From the NCBI GenBank assembly GCA_965247685.1, contig OZ252021.1, positions 450,001 through 482,000 of the forward strand: a DNA stretch of 32,000 nt, in the 5' to 3' direction. This DNA is from Bdellovibrionales bacterium (GTDB taxonomy: Bacteria; Bdellovibrionota; Bdellovibrionia; Bdellovibrionales; UBA1609). The notes beneath the pieces are model-generated. The model was not told the DNA's origin, made no database searches, and saw only the letters and a program-made list of their open reading frames with translations. Positions 1 to 8,300 of this stretch are shown here, one piece after another. The number at the start of each line of letters is the position of its first letter. The stretch's first letter is position 1. The position numbers and the translations under genes were made by a program.

Positions 1-14
1 TAAAAGTAGACTCA

Positions 15-905
15 ATGGAAATTCAAAAAAACACTCCATTAAAAGATTGGACGAGCTGGAAGGTGGGAGGCCTAGCAGAGTATCTTTGCTTTCCTTCTCA
101 TCTGAAAGACCTTCAAAAAGCTTGTGTGTGGGCTCATGAGAAAAAAATACCTATTACCACTTTGAGTGGAGGAACCAATGTTCTTATTAGCGATCAAGGA
201 ATCCCAGGTTTAGTTATTATCTTAAACAAATTAAACTCTGTAAAAGTGCAGGAGAATAAAGATGAAATTGCCATTCAAGCTCTTGCAGGTGCTTCTAAAG
301 GTCAAATTTTTAAAATTTTTTCACTTTATCAATTAGCTCCTGCTTTATTTCTTTGTGGATTACCAGGTGATGTTGGCGGAGGAGTCGTGATGAATGCAGG
401 TGTCAGTTATGATATTTATCCTTATGAATTTTCCCAAATTGTAGATTGGGTGGAAGTTTTGAATGATAAACAACTTCAAACTTTTAAAAAAGAAGAACTT
501 ATTTGGAAATACCGCTCCTGCCAAGGTTTTACAGGAATCATCTATAGAGTAGGACTTAAATGGCCAAACCAAAAATTAGAAAATTTCCATCAGCAAGTTC
601 GAACGATCAACCGTAAAAGATTATCTTCTCAACCTTTAAACCATCCAAGTTGTGGGTCTGTTTTTGTGAATCCTCCCAAAGAAAAATCGGGTCGCCTTAT
701 TGAAAAAGCAGGGCTTAAAGGTTTCAAATTGGGTGGAGCTGAGGTTTCGAGTAAGCATGCTAATTTTATAGTGAACCAAAATCAAGCTACAGCGCTTGAT
801 ATTCATCAAATCATTTGTCATGTTCAAAAAACTGTGAAAGAAAAATTTAATATCCAATTAAAAACAGAAGTGAAGTATTTAGGTTCATGGGATAAAGAAG
901 AATAA
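15..905 (+). CDS. murB: UDP-N-acetylenolpyruvoylglucosamine reductase (MurB)
   Basis: 296-aa ORF with MurB-type FAD-binding N-terminus (WKVGGLAEY, GGTNVLISD) and C-terminal motifs (SCGSVFVNP, GGAEVSSKHANFIVN). Followed 9 nt later by ddl, a common cell-wall synteny. Confidence 0.9.
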   Translation: MEIQKNTPLKDWTSWKVGGLAEYLCFPSHLKDLQKACVWAHEKKIPITTLSGGTNVLISDQGIPGLVIILNKLNSVKVQENKDEIAIQALAGASKGQIFKIFSLYQLAPALFLCGLPGDVGGGVVMNAGVSYDIYPYEFSQIVDWVEVLNDKQLQTFKKEELIWKYRSCQGFTGIIYRVGLKWPNQKLENFHQQVRTINRKRLSSQPLNHPSCGSVFVNPPKEKSGRLIEKAGLKGFKLGGAEVSSKHANFIVNQNQATALDIHQIICHVQKTVKEKFNIQLKTEVKYLGSWDKEE

Positions 906-914
906 TTTTAAAAA

Positions 915-1907
915 ATGAGCAGCATGAAAAAAATAGTTTTAATTCAAGGTGGAAATGGAGCTGAAAGCTCCATCAGCTTGATGACAGGAAAAAAAGTAGC
1001 TGAAGCTTTAAAAGAGTTGAATATTCCTTTTACTCCTCTGGAAGCTAATTCAAAACTCTATAGCAATTTAATGAAAATTCGACCTGATGCGGCTTTTTTA
1101 GCCGTGCATGGAACTTATGGAGAAGACGGATTGCTTCAAGGGATTTTAGAATATTTAAAAATTCCCTACACAGGAAGTGGAGTTTTATCGAGCGCCCTAT
1201 GTATGAACAAAAATGTTTTCAAACAGATTCTGTTAAAGAATAAGATATTAACAGCTCCCTTTTTATTTTTGAATATACAAAAAAATTCATATCAAGTTTT
1301 AGATTTTTATGGACTTCAAAAAAGTACAATAGAAAATCTTCAAACTGAGCTTCAAAAAAATGGAACTTTATCTGCCCCACCTTTTTTACCTTGCGTAGTG
1401 AAACCTAATCGTTCAGGTTCCAGCATTGGAGTGACAATTTGTACATCTGAAGGGGAGTGGAAGACAGCTATCGAAAGTGCATTAAAAGTGGATCATGAAA
1501 TCCTCATCGAAAAGTATATCAAAGGAGTAGAAATTGCAGTCTCTTATTTTGATGAAAAAGCTCTCACCCCTGTTGAAATCAAACCTCCGAGAGGTTTCTT
1601 TTATGATTTCAAACGCAAGTATGAAAAAAACCAAACTCAATATATTCTTCCACCGACACTCAACCCTCATACGGTTGAAAAACTCAAAACCATTACCTTG
1701 AATGTCCAAAATCTATATCAAGTGAAAACTTACGGGCGAATAGATTTTATTTTAGATCAAAACGAAAAGGCCTATGCTTTGGAGATGAACACTTTACCAG
1801 GGCTTACTCTTCTTTCTTTATTACCAATGTCTGCAAAATATGACGGTATTTCTTACAATCAACTCATTCAAACTATTCTTGAAAAGGCCGCTCTCGAATA
1901 CTCATAG
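915..1907 (+). CDS. ddl: D-alanine--D-alanine ligase
   Basis: 330-aa ORF with Ddl/ATP-grasp motifs: HGTYGEDGLLQGILEYLKIPYTGSGVLSSALCMNK, GRIDFIL, EMNTLPGLT. Confidence 0.9.
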   Translation: MSSMKKIVLIQGGNGAESSISLMTGKKVAEALKELNIPFTPLEANSKLYSNLMKIRPDAAFLAVHGTYGEDGLLQGILEYLKIPYTGSGVLSSALCMNKNVFKQILLKNKILTAPFLFLNIQKNSYQVLDFYGLQKSTIENLQTELQKNGTLSAPPFLPCVVKPNRSGSSIGVTICTSEGEWKTAIESALKVDHEILIEKYIKGVEIAVSYFDEKALTPVEIKPPRGFFYDFKRKYEKNQTQYILPPTLNPHTVEKLKTITLNVQNLYQVKTYGRIDFILDQNEKAYALEMNTLPGLTLLSLLPMSAKYDGISYNQLIQTILEKAALEYS

Positions 1908-1950
1908 AAGTTTTAAGACTATTATTAGACTCTGCTTTATCCTTTGAGTT

Positions 1951-2805
1951 TTATTTTTCATAGGTAGTAATAACTAGTTCCTTCTCCTGTTTTTTTCTTT
2001 CATTCCCTTTGCAGTTAATACACCTTCTAGTCTGTACAGTATGAAAGTGAAAGTCTTTATAAAGTTCTCTAATGACCGTTGTATCTGAATTTGAGATCAT
2101 AACTTTGCAAGTTTTAGACCATATTTTCACATATTCAGCCAGCAATATGTGATAAGCTTCTATAAACCCATCATTCTGATAATTAGAAAAACAATCATGA
2201 TACGGAGGATCACAGTAAATAAAAGAACCTTTTTTAGGTTTTACATCTTCAAAACTTAAATTTTTTATTTTCCAATTTTGTAATGCAACAGAGACTCGTC
2301 TTAAATTTTTTTCATCACAAATATTAGGATTTTTATATCTCCCAAAAGGAACATTAAACTCTCCCTTGCTATTGACTCGATAAAGACCATTAAAACAAGT
2401 CTTATTCATATAGATAAGTCTTGCTGTACTTTTTATCTCATTTTCTATTTTATTTTTTTCTCTTATGAAGTAATAATACTCTTTAGAGTGATTTTTTTCA
2501 TGCTTTTTTAATTCTTTAATGAGGCTCTCCACATCATCCTTAACTATATTGTAAGCTAAAATAAGTTCTTTATTAAGATCACTGATCTGAGCAAATTTTA
2601 ACCAAGGAGAAATTTTAAAAAATAACGCTCCTCCTCCTATAAAAGGTTCATAATAAGAGGAGTAATCATTAGGAAAAAGTTTTATGAGTCGACTCGAAAG
2701 AAAACCTTTCCCTCCAGCCCATTTTAAAAATGGTTTAGCTGGAAAAATATTTTCAAAATTGTAACTTACAGTGTGATTGTAGTTTTTATTTAAAAGCTCA
2801 TTCAT
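1951..2805 (-). CDS. dam: Dam-family (D12 class) N6-adenine DNA methyltransferase with no adjacent endonuclease
   Basis: 284-aa ORF with FLKWAGGK, EPFIGGGALFF (AdoMet motif I), NKTCFNGLYRVNSKGEFNVPFGRY and catalytic IYCDPPY. AGGA lies about 8 nt upstream of the ATG. Target specificity (GATC or other) cannot be read from the sequence. Confidence 0.85.
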   Translation of the reverse strand: MNELLNKNYNHTVSYNFENIFPAKPFLKWAGGKGFLSSRLIKLFPNDYSSYYEPFIGGGALFFKISPWLKFAQISDLNKELILAYNIVKDDVESLIKELKKHEKNHSKEYYYFIREKNKIENEIKSTARLIYMNKTCFNGLYRVNSKGEFNVPFGRYKNPNICDEKNLRRVSVALQNWKIKNLSFEDVKPKKGSFIYCDPPYHDCFSNYQNDGFIEAYHILLAEYVKIWSKTCKVMISNSDTTVIRELYKDFHFHTVQTRRCINCKGNERKKQEKELVITTYEK

Positions 2806-2838
2806 TCATCCGTCCTTTAAGACAATAGATAATTATAT

Positions 2839-3801
2839 CTACAAAAGAAAAATAAGAATCCAAATTAAATAGATAGTGATAGCATGGATCAGTTTCCACT
2901 CCACAGGAGAGAGTAAAAGCAAGGTCACTATTCCGCTTAAAACACCAGCAAAAAATAAACTTATAAATAAATAAGGCTTTCGAAATTCAAACCACTCATA
3001 CCACCAGCTAAGAGTTAAATTTGAAGGCTTTTCATTGATCTTAATTAATAACTTATTTCTTAATAAATATAAAAAATGAACTAAAAAAACACCTGAGAAA
3101 ACAATAGCTATTAAAGGATGAAGAAAACGAAGCTGCAAAATCCAAGGAGAATGAGGACTAAAATCCATCATTAAACTTTCTTTCAAAGAAGAAGAAGGAT
3201 AAGCAATATTAGAAAAAGAAGCGAAAGAGCCTAGAAATACAATCAGTAGAAATGAAATAGAATAAAGTATGATTTTTCTTATTGGGATAACAGAAAAAGG
3301 AGGGAAAGCAAAACGATACTGTAGGAGTTTTTCTTCATTCCAAGTTGAAATAAAAGAATAACGCCAACATAAAACTAAAGAAGCAACAAGAAGCAAACTA
3401 TTGATCAAATGAACATTCAGGACAAAAAGTCTGAGTGTAGAAACATTAAAACCAGTTAAGCCTTTAAGAACAAGGACCGCTCCAATTAAAACTTCAGTGA
3501 GTGTAAAGAGCAAAGACATTCCCGCATAAAATCGAACCTTATCTCTTTTTTCGAAAAACTTCAGACTCCCAATAAACAAAACCAATATAGATAAAGCAAA
3601 GGCTCCAGATGTTATTCGATGAAACCACTCCACCCAAGTTTTATCCTCTTGAGCTTGAGGAACCCATTGATCCTGACACATCGGCCACTGATCACCACAT
3701 CCGTCTCCTGAAAAAGATAAACGAACCCACATTCCCCATAAGATGACAAACAAAGCCAGTAACAATGTGAGAAAAACAAATATATGAAATTTTTTTTTCA
3801 T
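2839..3801 (-). CDS. ctaA: COX15/CtaA-family heme A synthase-like polytopic membrane protein
   Basis: 320 aa, about 8 hydrophobic segments. It has an N-terminal Cys cluster (GDGCGDQWPMC), an E..HR-type motif (VEWFHRITSG) and conserved His residues in later helices (NVHLINS, FLHPLIA). The start shares one base with the lpdA stop (TAATG), suggesting translational coupling. Confidence 0.6.
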   Translation of the reverse strand: MKKKFHIFVFLTLLLALFVILWGMWVRLSFSGDGCGDQWPMCQDQWVPQAQEDKTWVEWFHRITSGAFALSILVLFIGSLKFFEKRDKVRFYAGMSLLFTLTEVLIGAVLVLKGLTGFNVSTLRLFVLNVHLINSLLLVASLVLCWRYSFISTWNEEKLLQYRFAFPPFSVIPIRKIILYSISFLLIVFLGSFASFSNIAYPSSSLKESLMMDFSPHSPWILQLRFLHPLIAIVFSGVFLVHFLYLLRNKLLIKINEKPSNLTLSWWYEWFEFRKPYLFISLFFAGVLSGIVTLLLLSPVEWKLIHAITIYLIWILIFLL

Positions 3802-5183
3802 TACATTTGTCTTGCCCGAGATTGAACAGCAAGGCTCGCCTCCCGCATCGTTTCCGACAATGTAGGATGAGCATGAAAGGATCGTGCGATGTCTTCACTT
3901 GTTGCACTAAATTCCATAGCCACTGCTGCTTCCGCAATCATATCTGACGCTCTTGGACCAATAATATGAACTCCTAAAACTTCGTCTGTGTTCTTATCTG
4001 CTATCACCTTTACGAAACCTTCCGTGCAACCTAACGCTTTCGCTCTACCGCTTGCAGCAAATGGAAAACGACCTGTTTGAATAGATAACCCTTTTTCTTC
4101 ACACTGTTCTTGCGTCCACCCTATTGAAGCCACTTCTGGCCAAGTATAAATAACAGAAGGTAAAGTTTTATAATTCACATGACCATGACCAGAAGAAATA
4201 ATCTCTGCCACAGCCACTCCTTCTTCTTCTGCCTTATGAGCAAGCATTGCTCCTCCTATAACATCTCCAATGGCGTAAATAGAAGGAATAGAAGTTTGGA
4301 ATTTTTCATTTACGGATATAAAGTTTTGTTCGTTGGTGACAACACCTAGTTCTTTTAAACCTAAGTTTCCAATATAAGGAGTACGGCCAATAGATACTAA
4401 GGCCACATCTCCTTTAATTTCTTGAGATTGAGAATCCTGCTCATAAGTCACCAAAGCTGTAGAACCTTTAGATTGCACCTGAGTTACATTCGACTGAAGA
4501 TGAAACTTTAAACCTTGTTGACTAAGAGATTTCAAAAGAGCAGAAGAAATATTTTTATCTAAAGCAGGGCAAAGTCTGGAAGAGTATTCTAACACATGAA
4601 CCTCGGTTCCTAACCTATTCCAAACAGAGCCCATCTCTAAACCAATATATCCACCACCAATCACTATCATCACTTTCGGAACTTTCTTTAAACTCAAAGC
4701 TTCAGTCGAAGAAATAATGGTTTTAGAATCAAAAGGAGCAAAAGGGAGAGTTCGCGGTGCACTTCCTGTAGCAATAAGAATATTTTTTGCCTGAATTGTT
4801 TTTTTATTATCCACTATAATTTCTTGAGAAGATTGAATAGTGGCTGTACCTTCAATTTTTTTAATTTTATTTTTCTTCATCAAGAAATTCACACCATTTG
4901 TCAAATCTTGAACTATTTTATCTTTTCTCTTCATCATTTGAAGAAGATCCAACTTCACATGACCTACATTGATTCCATGAATCGCGCTTTCAGCTAAAGT
5001 AAAGTGATAATGTTCGCTAGAATCCAATAAAGCTTTAGAAGGAATACACCCCACATTGAGACAAGTGCCACCTAAAGTAGATTCCTTTTCTATAATGCAT
5101 ATCTTTAAGCCCAGCTGCGCTGCTCGAATAGCCCCTGTATATCCTCCTGGGCCAGCTCCAATAACTGCTAAATCAAATTCCAT
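3801..5183 (-). CDS. lpdA: Dihydrolipoyl dehydrogenase (E3 component)
   Basis: 460 aa with FAD motif VIGAGPGGY, redox-active disulfide GGTCLNVGCIPSK, NAD motif VIGGGYIGLE and C-terminal HAHPTLSE. Confidence 0.92.
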   Translation of the reverse strand: MEFDLAVIGAGPGGYTGAIRAAQLGLKICIIEKESTLGGTCLNVGCIPSKALLDSSEHYHFTLAESAIHGINVGHVKLDLLQMMKRKDKIVQDLTNGVNFLMKKNKIKKIEGTATIQSSQEIIVDNKKTIQAKNILIATGSAPRTLPFAPFDSKTIISSTEALSLKKVPKVMIVIGGGYIGLEMGSVWNRLGTEVHVLEYSSRLCPALDKNISSALLKSLSQQGLKFHLQSNVTQVQSKGSTALVTYEQDSQSQEIKGDVALVSIGRTPYIGNLGLKELGVVTNEQNFISVNEKFQTSIPSIYAIGDVIGGAMLAHKAEEEGVAVAEIISSGHGHVNYKTLPSVIYTWPEVASIGWTQEQCEEKGLSIQTGRFPFAASGRAKALGCTEGFVKVIADKNTDEVLGVHIIGPRASDMIAEAAVAMEFSATSEDIARSFHAHPTLSETMREASLAVQSRARQM

Positions 5184-5384
5184 GATATTTCTCTCTGATC
5201 AAAGATTGTTATTTTTCATTATAAGCTACAAAACTTTAATCATGGTGTCTAGCTTCTTTTCCTTTAGGTAAAGTGTAAAAATCTTAATGTTTTGTATCAA
5301 ACATGCTGAAAGACAGGCTATTCATACCCCTCCAAAAAACTTTATTCTACAGTTTGTTTTCCGATCAACTATATGAGTGATTTA

Positions 5385-8300
5385 TTATTGGGACAAGCTC
5401 CTCATAATTCCATCACAACTGTTAGGTTTCCCACCTTGTGATTGAATAATCAGTTGAGCCTGCTTATGATCTTGTTCGGCTGCTCTTCTAAACCACTCCA
5501 TAGATTTTTTAGGATCTGGACTGAACCTTTTGCTGCCAGTGTGAAGTAATAGTCCTAGTCTAAATTGAGCCTCAGGGTGACCTTGTTCGGCTGCTTTTTT
5601 AAGCCATCTTTTGACTTCTTTGAAGTCCACAGTAGTTTGTACTCTTTTTTCATCATTGAATATAGTTCCAATCATAAACTGAGCCTCCTTATGACCTTGT
5701 TCGGCTGCTTTTCTAAGCCAATAAAGAGCTTGCTTATCATCTTTTTCCACTCTACCAGGGCCTTGGAGGTGTAATAGACCCGTCATAAACTGGGCGTGAG
5801 GATGACCTTGTTTTGCCGCTTGTTCAAACCGATAAAAAGCATGGTCTGGGAGGGGTTTAACAACACCTATGCTGTTAAGTATAAACTTTCCAAGATTAAA
5901 CTGAGCTTCCGGAAGACCCTTTAAAGACGCTCTCCACATCATCTCGAAAGCTTCCCTTTCCTGTTCTTCTTGAGCATATAATACTCCAAGCTCAAACTCA
6001 GCTTCTAGGTGCTTTTTATTAGCAGCCTTTTTGAACAAATCTTTTGCAAGTTGGAAATTCTGAGGAATTCCAATTCCATGTAAAGAGAACACTCCTAAAG
6101 TAAATTGTGCCTCTGTATAGCCATATTCTGAACCTTTTTTTAAATAAGAAAAAACTAATTTTCTAGAACTTTCAGACTGTCCCACCAATCGCTTAAGGAT
6201 CCTTCTTAAATGAAAACTGCTATTTGGATATTGAGCTTGTGGATTCTTAATATAATTTTTCATATGGTTTTTCAAAAGTTCTCGTTCTTTTTGAATACAA
6301 CGAATATCTTGATTACATAAAGTTCCTAATTTTCCAGAAAACACCCGACTTAAATGATCAGCTGAAGTAAAGTAAATAATGCTGCTAGCTGAATCATAAC
6401 TCATGCCTATATATTCTCCTCTGGCATTTAAAATGGGACTCCCACCCACAGCTTGAAAATTCTTAGAATAATTAAAAATTATTCGATATGCACTCAGCAC
6501 TTCATCTAATTTTACAGGTCTGTTTATACTTGTTATTTGATACATTTCCCTTTGGTTATAACCTATGGAATATAAATAGCCTCTATTCAGAATTTCTCCT
6601 TTTTTTATAATATGTTTTGATTCTTTTTCTGTTTTTAAAAAAGCAACATTTCCATAAAAAGAAACTGCAACTATTTCTCGAACTTTCATTGAAGTACCTT
6701 CATAGAATAAAGTGATGTCACCAGCATAAGAAACATCTTCTACTGTTTCAAAAGTTGTCACAGCCAAATTTGGCTGAATAAAAAACGCTGTTCCTTTAGA
6801 TGAAGGTGTTTCTACTCGATAGATAGCGGGTTTCACTTCTTGAACAGCTCTTTGAGCAAAAGCTGGACGTCCTCTTTGCTCAGTTTCCTTTTCAAACCAG
6901 TTAGTAGCAATTTTAGGGTCTTGCTCTACGTAAGATTTTTCAGTAAGGACCTGAGCCTCAGGGTGACCTTGTTCGGCTGCTTTTTTAAGCCACTTCGTAA
7001 ATGTTAGTAAATTTTTTTCAACCACTATTCCTTCCAGATAGGACATTCCAGTTCTAAATTGAGCTTCCGGATATTTCTGCTTTGCAGATCGAAGTATCCA
7101 CTCAAAAGATTTTTTTAAATCTCTAGGAACTACTGTGCCTTCAGCATAAAAATCTCCAAGTTCAAATTGAGCCTCAGGGTGACCTTGTTCGGCTGCTTGT
7201 CTCATCCAATGTACAGCTTTTTTATGGTCTCTCCTCGCATAATTCAAAATACTCCAATCTTTAGAGGAGTAGGCACCTTGAGTGTAGAACTTGCCAAGAA
7301 CAAACGAAGCCTCCTTATGACCTTGTTCGGCTGCTTGTCTCATCCAATGTACAGTTTTTTCATGGTCTCTCCTCGTATAATTCAAAATACTCCAATCTTT
7401 AGAATCTTCAGAGTAGGCACCTTGAGCGTAGAACTTACCAAGAACAAACGGAGCCTCCTTATGACCTTGTTCGGCTGCTTCTTCCAGCCACTTCGTAAAT
7501 GCTAGCAAACTTTTTTCAACCACTATTCCTTCCAGATAGGACATTCCAGTTCTAAATTGAGCTTCCGGATATTTCTGCTTTGCAGATCGAAGTATCCACT
7601 CAAAAGATTTTTTTAAATCTCTAGGAACTACTGTGCCTTCAGCATAAAAATCTCCAAGTTCAAATTGAGCCTCAGGGTGACCTTGTTCAGCTGCTTGTCT
7701 CATCCAATGTGTAGCTTGTTCATAGTCTCTCCTCGCATAATTCAAAATACTCCAAGCATTAGAATCTTTAGAGTAGGCACCTTGAGTGTAGAACTTGCCA
7801 AGAAGAAACGAAGCCTCCTTATGACCTTGTTCGGCTGCTTGTCTTATCCAATGTACAGCTTTTTTATGGTCTCTCCTCGCATAATTCAAAATACTCCAAT
7901 CTTTAGAATCTTCAGAGTAGGCACCTTGAGCGTAGAACTTACCAAGAACAAACGGAGCCTCCTTATGACCTTGTGTGGTTGCTTCTTCAAGCCACTTCGT
8001 AAATGCTAGCAAACTTTTTTCAACCACTATTCCTTCCAGATAGGACATTCCAGTTCTAAATTGAGCTTCCGGATATTTCTGCTTTGCAGATCGAAGTATC
8101 CACTCAAAAGATTTTCCTAAATCTTTAGGAACTACTGTGCCTTCAGCATAAAAATCTCCTAGTCTAAATTGAGCCTCAGGGTGACCTTGTTCGGCTGCTT
8201 GTCTCATCCAATTTGCAGCTTTTTGATGGTTTCTCTCCAAATAATTCAAAATACTCCAATCTTTAGAATCTTCAGAGTAGGCACCTTGAGTGTAGAACTT

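Noticed and set aside
360-1709. Minus-strand ORFs 360-572, 636-857 and 1482-1709 inside murB and ddl
   Set aside because: Short antisense ORFs within well-supported genes, with low-complexity Phe/Ile/Lys-rich translations typical of AT-rich antisense frames.
1951-2805. Calling the Dam gene part of a restriction-modification or phage-derived defence island
   Set aside because: No endonuclease, specificity, integrase or phage structural gene is adjacent, and both neighbours are housekeeping genes. Only an orphan methyltransferase can be supported.
3692-5271. ORFs 3692-3937 (minus) and 5056-5271 (plus) overlapping ctaA/lpdA
   Set aside because: Alternative-frame or antisense overlaps with strongly supported lpdA and ctaA. 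No motifs and no SD.
5284-5333. GGAGGGG heptamer (minus strand, 5327-5333) followed by a 13-codon mini-ORF in the spacer between the Sel1 gene and lpdA. The same heptamer serves as the SD of the Sel1 gene at 9218-9224.
   Set aside because: The SD-to-ATG spacing is only 1 nt and the peptide is tiny. The heptamer recurrence could be chance. Not enough evidence for a leader peptide.
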